Below are positions 9,834-19,371 of a stretch of DNA of 38,751 bases, one piece after another. Both the position numbers and the translations under genes were made by a program. Each line of letters opens with the position of its first letter. The stretch's first letter is position 1. The notes beneath the pieces were generated by a model. It did not search any database and had not been told where the DNA came from. It saw only the letters and a list, made by a program, of their open reading frames with translations. Where the stretch lies: the IMG/VR virus record IMGVR_UViG_3300031938_000012, positions 1 through 38,751 of that record; one strand, written 5' to 3'. This DNA is from a virus. Lineage: Duplodnaviria; Caudoviricetes.

Positions 9834-10204
9834 TTCTTGCCGATCATGGCGAGGCCGTCGAATATGACCTGTTGGCCCTGGGGCTGCGGCTGGATGACCT
9901 GGGAACCGCGGCCCTGTCCTGGCGGGACCTTTACGTGGTGGTCCATAGGTCCGGGCCGGCATCGGCCCTAATGCGGGAAGTCCAGCCGGACCTCGCCGCC
10001 TGGGCTTCCGGCATGGTCTTGGCTGACCTGCTGGCCCATGCGGTGGACCTGCTGGCCGGCGGCAACTGGCAACGGGCCGGCAAGCGGACCGCGCCCAAGC
10101 CCAAGCCCATCCCGCGGCCCGGCAAAAAGACCGAATCAACAAAATACGGGTCCGAACCTATCCCGGTAAAAGACTTTGACAACTGGTGGAACGGGGCGAA
10201 GTAA
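9812..10204 (+). CDS. Tail assembly chaperone C-terminal extension (gpGT-like, via -1 frameshift)
   Basis: Open -1 frame GIAGLALILADHGEAVEYDLLALG...PKPIPRPG with no good RBS of its own. Confidence 0.85.
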   Translation, partial: GIAGLALILADHGEAVEYDLLALGLRLDDLGTAALSWRDLYVVVHRSGPASALMREVQPDLAAWASGMVLADLLAHAVDLLAGGNWQRAGKRTAPKPKPIPRPGKKTESTKYGSEPIPVKDFDNWWNGAK

Positions 10205-12534
10205 TGGCCGGTGGCAACGCGGTGGAACTGGCGGCGGCGTATGTGTCCATTGTCCCGTCCTTTGAGGGTGGCCGGGAAAAGATCGAAAAGGAACTGGTCC
10301 CCGACGCCGAGGGGGCCGGCAAAAAAGCCGGCGCAAAGTCCGGAAAGGGCTTTGGGGATTCCTTTGGGTCCGTTGCCAAAATAGGTGGCCTGGCCGCGGG
10401 CATCGGCCTTGGCATGGGCGTGGCGGACGCTTTCGGGGGGGCAATCGAAAAAGCGGACCTCTCGGCCAAGCTTGGGGCCCAACTGAACCTGACCCCGGAA
10501 CAGTCCGCCAAGGCCGGCGCGGTGTCCGGCAAGCTTTACGCCGGGGCCTACGGCGAAAGCATGGGCGACGTTTCCGAGGCCGTGGGGTCCGTTATGTCTT
10601 CCATTGGTGGCATGGCGGACGCGTCCGCCGGGGACCTGGAAACCATCACGGCGTCCGCCATGAACCTGTCCGCGGCCTTTGACGTGGACGTTTCCGAATC
10701 GGCCACCACCGCCGGCATTCTTATGAAGACCGGACTTGCCGCCAACGGAACGCAAGCCATGGACCTCATAACGGCGTCCATGCAAAAGTTGCCGGCCTCT
10801 TTGCGGGGCGAAGTGTTCCCGATTATGGACGAATATTCCAAACACTTTGCCGGCCTGGGAATTGACGGCGAAACCGCCATGGGCATGATTGTGGCGGCAG
10901 GGTCCAACGGTGCCATTGGCATGGACAAAATGGGCGACGCCTTAAAGGAATTCACCATTAGGGCAACCGATATGTCCAAGTCCACGTCAACCACGTTTGA
11001 CACCCTGGGGTTGGACACCCAAAAAATGACCAACGAATTACTCAAGGGTGGGCCGTCCGCCAATAAAGCAATGGGCGAAATTGTCCACGCCTTGCAAGGG
11101 GTAAAGGACCCGGCGGAACAATCCGCCCTTGCCCTGTCCCTTTTCGGCACCCCCCTCGAAGACCTGGGAACCGATCAAATCCCGGCCTTTTTGGGCATGG
11201 TGGACCCCATGGGGGACGCCTTTGGGTCCACCGCGGGGGCTGCTGAAAAATTCGGAACCACCCTAAATTCCGGACCCGGCACCGCCCTCGAAACCCTCAA
11301 GCGGACCGTGGAAACCACGTTCATGGCCCTAGCGGAACAGGCTTTGCCGGTCCTAACCCAAGTCCTGGACTTTGTGTCCAAAAACTCGTGGGTCCTGGGG
11401 GTCCTGGCCACCATCATTGGGACCACCTTGGTGGCGGCTTTCGTGGCCTGGGCTATCTCGGCGTGGGCCGTGGTGGCCCCGCTGCTGGCCAACCCGGTTA
11501 CGTGGATAGTCCTAGGCATCCTGGCTTTGATTGCCGCCCTCATTTGGCTGGTTGCCAATTGGGATTCCGTGGTCAAATGGGTGACCGAAAATTGGGGCCC
11601 CATGGTTGCGTGGGTGGGTGAAATATTCGGCGGGCTCGGAAATTGGCTCAAAGAAATTTGGGACGGATTCGTCTCCTGGTTTATGGGCGTCCTAGGCGGA
11701 TTCGCTAATTGGGTGGTCCAAATTTGGGATGGTCTGTGGAATTGGATAGGCGAAATTTTCGGCGGTTTCGGAAATTGGCTAAAGGAAATTTGGGACGGAT
11801 TCGTCTCGTGGTTTATGGGCGGGCTTTCCGCTTTTGGTGCCTGGATAGGTTCAATTTGGACCGGAATAATTGATTTTGCCGTGGGAATTTGGAATGGCTT
11901 TGTTGGCTGGCTTTCCGGAATTCCCGGCATGATTATGGCCGGGCTTGCGTTCCTGGCCAACCTGGCCGGAATCGTGGGCGGCTGGTTCATGGATATGGCC
12001 ACGTCCGCATGGAACGCCGCCCTCGGGCTGGTGGGGTGGGTGGCCGGTCTGCCGGGCATGATCCTTGGCGCGCTTGGCAACCTTGGCGGGCTGCTGCTGA
12101 ACGCCGGGTCCCAAATCATGGACGGATTCCTAAACGGCCTCAAGGGTGCCTGGGGCGCGGTGACCGATTTTGTGGGCGGGATTGCGTCCTGGATTGCCGA
12201 ACACAAAGGCCCAAGACGGGTGGATATGGCCCTGTTGGTCCCCGCCGGCGGCTGGATTATGGGCGGCTTTGTGGACTCCCTAAAAGCCCATATGCCGGAC
12301 CTGCAAAAAGTGGTGGGGGACATTGGGACCACGCTACAGGTGGGCGTCCCGGATTCCCTGACCGTGGGGGCCATTCAATCGCCGGCACCCGCCGGCGGCT
12401 TTGCGGCCCCCGGGGACACCGCCGGACCCACGTATCAAATCGAAGTGAACAACCCGGCCCCGGAGCCGGCGGGCCGGTCCATTGCCGGCGCGCTTGCAAA
12501 GGTGGCTTACCTGGGATTGGACGGGGGCGAATAG
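10204..12534 (+). CDS. Tape measure protein
   Basis: ELAAAYVSIVPS N-terminus, Ala/Gly-rich helical sequence, periodic Trp repeats, longest tail ORF. Confidence 0.95.
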   Translation: MAGGNAVELAAAYVSIVPSFEGGREKIEKELVPDAEGAGKKAGAKSGKGFGDSFGSVAKIGGLAAGIGLGMGVADAFGGAIEKADLSAKLGAQLNLTPEQSAKAGAVSGKLYAGAYGESMGDVSEAVGSVMSSIGGMADASAGDLETITASAMNLSAAFDVDVSESATTAGILMKTGLAANGTQAMDLITASMQKLPASLRGEVFPIMDEYSKHFAGLGIDGETAMGMIVAAGSNGAIGMDKMGDALKEFTIRATDMSKSTSTTFDTLGLDTQKMTNELLKGGPSANKAMGEIVHALQGVKDPAEQSALALSLFGTPLEDLGTDQIPAFLGMVDPMGDAFGSTAGAAEKFGTTLNSGPGTALETLKRTVETTFMALAEQALPVLTQVLDFVSKNSWVLGVLATIIGTTLVAAFVAWAISAWAVVAPLLANPVTWIVLGILALIAALIWLVANWDSVVKWVTENWGPMVAWVGEIFGGLGNWLKEIWDGFVSWFMGVLGGFANWVVQIWDGLWNWIGEIFGGFGNWLKEIWDGFVSWFMGGLSAFGAWIGSIWTGIIDFAVGIWNGFVGWLSGIPGMIMAGLAFLANLAGIVGGWFMDMATSAWNAALGLVGWVAGLPGMILGALGNLGGLLLNAGSQIMDGFLNGLKGAWGAVTDFVGGIASWIAEHKGPRRVDMALLVPAGGWIMGGFVDSLKAHMPDLQKVVGDIGTTLQVGVPDSLTVGAIQSPAPAGGFAAPGDTAGPTYQIEVNNPAPEPAGRSIAGALAKVAYLGLDGGE

Positions 12535-12537
12535 GTC

Positions 12538-13341
12538 ATGGTGGAAACATGGGCAATTGACGGGGTCCCGCTGCTTTCCCTGGCATCGGAAGTCCACCGG
12601 ATTGACGATAAGTTGGTGCCCCCGGTCCGGGGCAAAGATAGGCAATACGCGTTCCGCCCCGGGGCCGGCTTCCGGCCCCGGGTGACGGATTCGCAAACCC
12701 TGACCCTGGGCTTATGGCTGCTGGGGCAGGACGGCCCCGGTGGCCGCGCCGATTGGGAGGGCAACTACGCCGCCGCGGAACGGACCTTGCGGCGGCTGCT
12801 GCGGCCCGATGCCGGCCAGGAATTCGACATAACCAGGACGTGGACCGATGACTTGGGAACGCATACGGCCACGGGCCGCGGCTTTGCCGGCGACGTCACC
12901 CGGGCCCGGGTGGGCCGGTACGCCGGCAAGGTGACCGTGGACATTGGCATGGCGGACCCGTTCTTTTATGGGTCCCCCGTTGTGGTCCCGCTGACCAAGG
13001 GCGTCCCGGCTGCGGTGAACAACCCCGGCGACGAGGCCACCACCGCGGTTTGGCTGGACCTGGTGGGGTCCCTGGCCAACCCCCAAGTGTCCAACACCAC
13101 CGAGAGCCCCGCCGTTTGGGTCAAGGTGGGAACCGCCATTGCCAACGGGGATGGGGTCCTGGTGGATGCCGAATCCGACGCCGTGACCCGGACCTCGGAC
13201 GGGGCCAACCTGATTGGGGCCCTGACCCATTCCGGGGCGCGGTCCTGGTTCCGCCTTGGCCGCGGCGCGTCATCGGTCACCCTGACCGCGGATTCCGGGA
13301 CCGGGTCCGGGACCCTGTCCTTTTGGCCCGTCTACTACTAA
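12538..13341 (+). CDS. Distal tail (Dit-like) minor tail protein
   Basis: Directly after TMP; MADPFFYG and NPGD motifs. Confidence 0.75.
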   Translation: MVETWAIDGVPLLSLASEVHRIDDKLVPPVRGKDRQYAFRPGAGFRPRVTDSQTLTLGLWLLGQDGPGGRADWEGNYAAAERTLRRLLRPDAGQEFDITRTWTDDLGTHTATGRGFAGDVTRARVGRYAGKVTVDIGMADPFFYGSPVVVPLTKGVPAAVNNPGDEATTAVWLDLVGSLANPQVSNTTESPAVWVKVGTAIANGDGVLVDAESDAVTRTSDGANLIGALTHSGARSWFRLGRGASSVTLTADSGTGSGTLSFWPVYY

Positions 13342-13356
13342 ACGAAAGGCAGGACC

Positions 13357-14208
13357 ATGGCCGGCTTTTACCCGGACGTCCCGGGGCCCAAACTGGCCCT
13401 CGATAAGGACGGGACCCAATGGTTTAGGTACACGTCCGCGGCGGTTGGCACCCCGCTAACGTCCACCGAAATTACCCAAGTCAATGACTGGACCACGGGC
13501 GGACCGGACCCCGGTTCCGGCGGGTGGGTGGCTGCGGTCTTCCCCGAAAAAAGGGACCTGGCTGGGGTCAATGCCCGCGTGAACCAGCCCGGCGGCGCGC
13601 TCAATTCCAGTGTGGTGGTGGAAACGTCCACGAACACCACCAACGGAACGGATGGGACGTGGACCACCGCGGCCACCATCCTGGACGCTGAATTACGGGA
13701 AACGATAGCCGGCCCCAAGGGCCGGGCCATAGTGTCCATTGCGGCCCTGGGGGTCAAGGGCCTACGGGTCCGCATGACCGGCGGCAACAGCTTTGGCGGG
13801 CTGACCGTCCACGTTTTCGGCAAGGCCACCGCCGGCCAGTCCGTGGACCGCCTGGCCTTTTGGCATCCCACGTTAGACCAGGAGGTCACGGGCGCTTATT
13901 TGGATTGGGGCGACGTCAAGCGGAACACCACCGAAACGCGGACTTTCCGAATCAAAAACCTGTCCACCACCCTGACCGCCAACAGCCCCCGGGTTGCAAT
14001 GGAAGTCCTGACCGACACCACCCCGTCCGTGGTGGGCCAACATGCCCTAAGCGCGGACGGGTCCACGTGGGTGTCCCAATACACCATGGGCAACCTTGCC
14101 CCCGGGGCCGTGTCCGCGGTCCTGTCCGTCCGGCGAACCACGCCGCTGACCGCCGCGCCGTCCCTTTGGTCAATGCGGCTATTCGCGGAAGCCACAACAT
14201 GGAGCTAA
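13357..14208 (+). CDS. Minor tail protein (paralog A)
   Basis: Thr/Gly-rich beta-type sequence in the tail module; similar along its length to the next gene. Confidence 0.75.
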   Translation: MAGFYPDVPGPKLALDKDGTQWFRYTSAAVGTPLTSTEITQVNDWTTGGPDPGSGGWVAAVFPEKRDLAGVNARVNQPGGALNSSVVVETSTNTTNGTDGTWTTAATILDAELRETIAGPKGRAIVSIAALGVKGLRVRMTGGNSFGGLTVHVFGKATAGQSVDRLAFWHPTLDQEVTGAYLDWGDVKRNTTETRTFRIKNLSTTLTANSPRVAMEVLTDTTPSVVGQHALSADGSTWVSQYTMGNLAPGAVSAVLSVRRTTPLTAAPSLWSMRLFAEATTWS

Positions 14209-14220
14209 CAGGGGGTCATC

Positions 14221-15069
14221 ATGGCCGGTAACTATCCGGACCCAACTACCTGGCGCATGGCGCTCGACCGTGACGGGACCGCCTGGTTGGACGTCCGGGA
14301 CACGGGCCAGGTGTTGGACATTGGCGCGTCCAGTATCGCCGCTATGTCCAACGAGGGCGGCGGGTCTTACGGCCCGGCGGAACTTGGCGTTAGTGGATAT
14401 TTGGTCCTGATTTTCCCGGAAAAGCGGGACGTGGACGCCATATTCATTGCCGCCCAATATAGCCTTTCCACCATCCAATACAGCCTGAACACCACCAACG
14501 GGGTGGATGGGACGTGGACCACGATTCCCGGGCCGTACACCATGGGGACCCTTGAGACGGCCTGGCGGACCGGGGTAATGGCGGAAACCGTCCTGGCCGT
14601 AAAGGCGTTGCGGTTCCGGCTGAACGGCTCGAGCCCCTGGTCCTGGGGGGTCTTTTCGCTGCACGTTTGGGGCGAAATCGCGCCGGCGGAAACCCCGGAC
14701 CGGCTGGTCTTTTGGAACGCCGGGACCAACACCAAAATGGACCCGGCCACCCTGGATTGGGGCGACGTCCCGCGGTCATCGTCCGCGGACCGAATCGTCC
14801 GGGTTAAGAACATCAGTCCGGCCAAGTCCGCGGCCAACGTCCGGGTGTCTTTCGATATTTTGACGGACGCCACGTCCCCGGCCCCGTCCGTCCCGGGGCA
14901 ATTCACGGCGTCATATAACGGCGGGGCCTACCTGGCCCAAGTGAACCTGGGGACCCTGGCCCCCGGGGCAATATCCGGGCCCATCACGTTGCGGCGGGTC
15001 ACCCCGTCCAATGCCCAATATGGCCTGTTTGCCCCGCGGGTGTCCGCGGTGGCCGATTCCTGGACCTAA
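14221..15069 (+). CDS. Minor tail protein (paralog B)
   Basis: Shares MAG.YPD, ALD.DGT.W, FPEKRD, NTTNG.DGTWTT, LDWGDV, LAPGA.S with the previous gene. Confidence 0.75.
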   Translation: MAGNYPDPTTWRMALDRDGTAWLDVRDTGQVLDIGASSIAAMSNEGGGSYGPAELGVSGYLVLIFPEKRDVDAIFIAAQYSLSTIQYSLNTTNGVDGTWTTIPGPYTMGTLETAWRTGVMAETVLAVKALRFRLNGSSPWSWGVFSLHVWGEIAPAETPDRLVFWNAGTNTKMDPATLDWGDVPRSSSADRIVRVKNISPAKSAANVRVSFDILTDATSPAPSVPGQFTASYNGGAYLAQVNLGTLAPGAISGPITLRRVTPSNAQYGLFAPRVSAVADSWT

Positions 15070-15085
15070 CGAAAGGTAAGCCCCC

Positions 15086-15511
15086 ATGGTTGCAATGGGA
15101 ACGGCGGCGCGCCGGCTGTCACTGCGGGCCCACCTGGGGCCCGACAAACACGCGGACGCCCTGCCCAATCTGTACTTTGCCCTCCTGACCGGGGACCCGT
15201 TCGGGGCCGGCGCGGAACCAACGTCCACCGGCGGCTATGCCCGGGTGGCCAAGGCCAATGACGCCGCCCTATGGGGGACCATTGCCGCCGGCCAGCTGGC
15301 CGCGCCAACCCTGGCCGCTATCACCTGGCCGATTGCCACCGGCCTTTATTCCACCGGGGCCACGCCGCTGACCCATTGGGCGGCTTTCGATAATTCCGCC
15401 GGCGGGGTCCTTTGGTACGGGGGGCCCCTGACGTCTTCCATTGTGGTGTCCGGGGCCAATGACCAGCCAAGGCTCCCGGCGGGGGCCTTGACGATTTCGC
15501 AGACGGGATAG
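15086..15511 (+). CDS. Minor tail/tail-fibre associated protein
   Basis: LYFALLTGDP..EPTSTGGYARV..THWAAFD..GG pattern common in tail proteins. Confidence 0.7.
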   Translation: MVAMGTAARRLSLRAHLGPDKHADALPNLYFALLTGDPFGAGAEPTSTGGYARVAKANDAALWGTIAAGQLAAPTLAAITWPIATGLYSTGATPLTHWAAFDNSAGGVLWYGGPLTSSIVVSGANDQPRLPAGALTISQTG

Positions 15512-15520
15512 GTGGCCTAA

Positions 15521-16444
15521 ATGGTGTTCATTGACGGGGCCGGCGGGACGGCGGTTTTTCCGGGGTTCACGGCCACGGCCACGGCGGTTACCGAAACCAT
15601 GGACGCCGTCCCGGTTTCCCCGGTGGACACGGCCCGGGTTTCGGTCCTAAACCCCACCTTGGTGGCCACGATTTCCAACACGGTCCCGCCGTCTTCCGTG
15701 ACCTGGCAAGTGGCAACGGACACCGGCTTTGGCTCCATCGTTTGGCAGACCACCCAAACGTCCGTCAATGACGGGGTCCGGTCCGCCCTGGTGGCCACCG
15801 CGCTGACCAACGCCACCACCTATTATTGGCGCGTCCGGACCGGCGACGCCGCGGGGACCACCTGGGGGGCCTGGTCCGCAACCCAAAAGCTGACCGTGGA
15901 CTTGAACGCGGGCCGCGGCTATTTGGACATTTACGAAAACGTGGGCCGGGAAGACACCGGCCCCCAACGCGGGACCATGGACGTTTACGAAAACGTGGGC
16001 ATCGAAGACCGGACCATCCTTTACGGCGTGGATTTCATGTTTGCCAACGTGGGCGTCCCGGTCCCGGCCAACGTCCCGGGCGTGGAGTATATGTACCTGG
16101 GGGACGTTTCGAACCATACCCCCACCCCCCACCTATGGTTCCTGGAACCGCAATCCGGACGTCCCGGGGACGGCATCACCATTGTTTGCTTTGGCGTGGG
16201 TGACCTGCAATCCACTTACGGCGGCGTGGTGGAGGCCAACTACGGCGGGACCGTGGGGTGGCAAGCGGTCCCCGCGGTGACCTGGCAGACGTTCCCGCCC
16301 ACGGCCAACGCCTATACCGCGGCCCGGACGATTGATCCGGAAAACGGGGTTATTGATATGCAACATTCCGTGGTGGCCATTGTGGTGCCGGCTGGCCTAC
16401 TTCCGCCCGGCATCCCCCTAAGAATCCGGACGGAGGGCCCCTAG
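15521..16444 (+). CDS. Minor tail protein with FN3/Ig-like domain
   Basis: WQVATDTGF...LTNATTYYWRVR...WGAWS FN3-like motif; three D.(Y/F).NVG repeats. Confidence 0.7.
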   Translation: MVFIDGAGGTAVFPGFTATATAVTETMDAVPVSPVDTARVSVLNPTLVATISNTVPPSSVTWQVATDTGFGSIVWQTTQTSVNDGVRSALVATALTNATTYYWRVRTGDAAGTTWGAWSATQKLTVDLNAGRGYLDIYENVGREDTGPQRGTMDVYENVGIEDRTILYGVDFMFANVGVPVPANVPGVEYMYLGDVSNHTPTPHLWFLEPQSGRPGDGITIVCFGVGDLQSTYGGVVEANYGGTVGWQAVPAVTWQTFPPTANAYTAARTIDPENGVIDMQHSVVAIVVPAGLLPPGIPLRIRTEGP

Positions 16445-18532
16445 ATGACCACCCGCGTTAGTAATACCAAGTTCCTAACCGTCCTGCCGGCTGCTGGCCT
16501 GGACGGCATCGGTTGGACGGCAAGGGTCCTAAGTGAACGGGACTACGCGTCCACCATTGCCGAGGTCCGCTGGTTCGCCGGCATGGGCTTTACGGTGGAC
16601 GCCAACGACGTGGGCGGGGCAACCATAACCCTGGACGCGGACGATGACCTGTTTTCGGGGTCCCTGCCCCTGGGGGAAACCACCCGCCTGGCGGACCAGG
16701 AGGCCCTCTGGCAAATCATGGAAGACGGCGTGGTCCGCTTTGAATTCCTGGCGGAAGACGTGGACGAAGACGTCATCCCGGACGGCGGCGGGCCCCGCCA
16801 AACGGTCATCAGTGGCCGCGGGACGGGGGCCGTCCTGTCATGGGCCCCGGTCCTGCCGGCAGGGATGCCCAACCCGTCCAGCATGGCCCGGGACTTCACC
16901 GCCTATCCCATGGGGGCGTGGGTCCAGTTGTTCACGGAAGCCCAAGCCGCCGGTTATTTGGGGTGGGTGTCCGTGACCTTTGACGGGACCATGGATTCCC
17001 AAGGCGAAGCGTGGGGCGGGGACCAGCAAGCCTTAACGGTTCAGGCAGGGGATAACCTGCTGGACCTGCTAACGCGGTGGTGCGAAGCCAACGAGTATGC
17101 CTGGCGGATGCTTCCGGGCTTCCGGCTTTTCGTCACCCAAGAGGCCGGCGTCCACCATGAAGACACGGTGGTGTTTACCCAATTCCGGGCCCAAGGCGAA
17201 CATAAGCGGAAGATTACCCGCCGGGAACTGGCCAACGTGATTTATGCCGATTCCGGGGACAACGGCATTGCCTTTGCGGAAGACACCGCGTCCGCTACCA
17301 AGTGGCGCAAACGGGCCACGTGGATTTCCGCCGGCGACGCGTCCGACGCCACCGCCCGGTCCATGATTGCCAACACGTCTTTGTCCCTGGCCAAAGACCA
17401 AAAGACCTCGCGGTCCGTCCGGATTATCCCGGACCGGCTAGGCCGGCAACCGTTCGTGGACTTTGACGTCCAAGATTGGATTTCGGTTGAGGTCCCGGAC
17501 GATGACGTGGAATCCGGGGCCCGCAAGGTCATGGGCCTGGCCGTGGACATTGACGCGGACGGCGCGGTGGAATACGAGGCCACCCTGTCCAGCCGGTTCG
17601 AAGTCCGGGCGGTCAAGACCCAAAAGATACTGGACAAATTGGGCGGGTCCAAGGCATCGGGGGACGCGTCCGCGCCCATCCCGGTTTCCAAGTCCCTGTC
17701 CGTGGTCAAGGTGGGGGACCTGGCGGACGTAGACCTAACGTCGCCGGCGGCGGGGTCCCTGCTGCAATTCACCGGGGGCCGGTGGGTGGACGTTGTGGCC
17801 AACCTGGACCTCCTGGCGGACGTCGAAACCACCGGGGCGTCCGCGCCCACCAACGGCCAAGCCTTGGTCTACGAGTCATCTTCCGGGTTGTGGAAGCCCG
17901 GGGCGGTGGCCGGCGGCGGCGGGTCCGGGGCGTCCCCCACGGTCCGGGCCACGGCGTCCAATTACAATGCATCCAACGCGGGGCCGGCCACCGTGGTGGT
18001 CCCGGCAACGGTTCAGGTGGGGGACCTGCTGTTGGCCTTTGTGGGCGGTGACTGGAACGTCTCAAACACGGCCATTACCGGGTGGACGTTCCTAGGGGCC
18101 CTGAACGGGTCCAACACGGGGGTGTCCGCGTTCGCCAAAATCGCGGTGGCCGGCGACGCCGGGTCTACCTTTTCCGCCACCATGGGCGGGACCGGCGGGT
18201 GGGACGCCTGGATTGTGGCGGTTCAAAATGGACACCTGGCCCGCGGCCAACAGTTCATCCAAAATGCATCCGCAACGTCCACCCTGTTGCCCACCCGGCT
18301 TTACCCGGTGGATTCCCGGGACCTGGTGGTCATGTTCGGCCACGCCCGGGCCCCGGGCAATAAGACCATCCTTTGGAACCTCGGCACCGCGGTGGCGTCC
18401 CGGACGGCGGATGCCGGCCACGCTTCCACGGTATGGGTGGCCACCGGCCAATTGGCTGCACAACCAACCATCAGTAACGCCGGCAACGCCGGGACGTCCG
18501 GTTACGCCGCGGCGGTCCTGGCCATTGGATAA
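16445..18532 (+). CDS. Baseplate hub/tail spike-like minor tail protein
   Basis: Large tail-module ORF; LADVD/LADVE repeats, GQALVYESSSGLWKPG fibre-like linker, C-terminal GDLLLAFV domain. Confidence 0.75.
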   Translation: MTTRVSNTKFLTVLPAAGLDGIGWTARVLSERDYASTIAEVRWFAGMGFTVDANDVGGATITLDADDDLFSGSLPLGETTRLADQEALWQIMEDGVVRFEFLAEDVDEDVIPDGGGPRQTVISGRGTGAVLSWAPVLPAGMPNPSSMARDFTAYPMGAWVQLFTEAQAAGYLGWVSVTFDGTMDSQGEAWGGDQQALTVQAGDNLLDLLTRWCEANEYAWRMLPGFRLFVTQEAGVHHEDTVVFTQFRAQGEHKRKITRRELANVIYADSGDNGIAFAEDTASATKWRKRATWISAGDASDATARSMIANTSLSLAKDQKTSRSVRIIPDRLGRQPFVDFDVQDWISVEVPDDDVESGARKVMGLAVDIDADGAVEYEATLSSRFEVRAVKTQKILDKLGGSKASGDASAPIPVSKSLSVVKVGDLADVDLTSPAAGSLLQFTGGRWVDVVANLDLLADVETTGASAPTNGQALVYESSSGLWKPGAVAGGGGSGASPTVRATASNYNASNAGPATVVVPATVQVGDLLLAFVGGDWNVSNTAITGWTFLGALNGSNTGVSAFAKIAVAGDAGSTFSATMGGTGGWDAWIVAVQNGHLARGQQFIQNASATSTLLPTRLYPVDSRDLVVMFGHARAPGNKTILWNLGTAVASRTADAGHASTVWVATGQLAAQPTISNAGNAGTSGYAAAVLAIG

Positions 18533-18548
18533 GGGAAAGGGGGAACGG

Positions 18549-18986
18549 GTGAAATCAACCGAAGACGAGGGCATATGGCGGCTGGGGACCGTCCTACACG
18601 AGCCGGCGGCTATCAATGCCGCCCAATTCCTGGCCAACCTGGCCGCGGCCCTGTCCGGGGTCCTGGCCATGATGGGCGGTCTTCCCAACCTGCTGACCGC
18701 CACCATTGGGGCGGTTATGTCCGTGGGCGTGGGGGCAATCCTTTTTTTGGGCGGGACCCTGGGGGCCCTGGCCGTTCTGCGGGGCCTTTGGTGGCTGGAA
18801 CGGATTTCCCTGTTGATAGTCGCCGTGGGGTGGGTGTCCCTGCTTCCGGCGGCTCTTGCCTTTGCCGCCCGTCCTGGGGCCAATGGGTCCATTTGGCTGG
18901 TGGTGGCCCTGCTGTTCGTGGCCCTATCGGACATTTTCAAACGTTACCGGCGCATTGATTGGGCCTATTTGGACCCCACCAGGTAA
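18549..18986 (+). CDS. Multi-pass membrane protein (lysis cassette)
   Basis: About four hydrophobic segments; purine-rich RBS; upstream of the endolysin. Confidence 0.75.
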   Translation: MKSTEDEGIWRLGTVLHEPAAINAAQFLANLAAALSGVLAMMGGLPNLLTATIGAVMSVGVGAILFLGGTLGALAVLRGLWWLERISLLIVAVGWVSLLPAALAFAARPGANGSIWLVVALLFVALSDIFKRYRRIDWAYLDPTR

Positions 18987-18996
18987 AGGGGGACCG

Positions 18997-19305
18997 ATGA
19001 CGCCCGAGATGATTACCGCATTAGTTGGCGTGGGTGGCCTGGGGCTCATTATCCCCAAGGTCATTGACGGTCTGTCCGCCTGGTTGTCCGGGCGGGCCAA
19101 GCTTGAAAAGGAAAAAAACCAAGGCGTCCTGTCGAAGCTGTCCGCCGCTGACCGCCGGGCCGAATCCGAGGCCGAATTCCGGCGGGCCCTGGAAGAATAC
19201 GCCGGCGCGTTGCGGCTGCTGCTGGTCAATGCCGGCGTCCCGGTGGCATCCATTCCACCGTGGCCGGAACGGACCCACCAGCGGCGCTCCACGGACCCCA
19301 AATAG
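18997..19305 (+). CDS. Single-pass membrane protein with coiled coil (lysis cassette)
   Basis: N-terminal hydrophobic segment followed by a charged helix. Confidence 0.75.
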   Translation: MTPEMITALVGVGGLGLIIPKVIDGLSAWLSGRAKLEKEKNQGVLSKLSAADRRAESEAEFRRALEEYAGALRLLLVNAGVPVASIPPWPERTHQRRSTDPK

Positions 19306-19309
19306 GTCC

Positions 19310-19349
19310 CCCCGCCCGACCCCCACCCAATCCCGGGCGGGGGTTTTTT
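19310..19349 (+). terminator. Hairpin plus T-tract before the endolysin
   Basis: ccccgcccg ... cgggcgggg followed by ttttttc. Confidence 0.5.
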
Positions 19350-19371
19350 CATGCCCAAGGAGGCGTCCAGC

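Noticed and set aside
8139-12374. Long minus-strand ORFs (e.g. 8139-9446, 11175-12374)
   Set aside because: Antisense shadows of clear structural genes in high-GC DNA, with no recognisable motifs.
13357-18532. Diversity-generating retroelement or invertible tail cassette
   Set aside because: No reverse transcriptase or invertase; the paralogs are diverged throughout rather than at adenines only.
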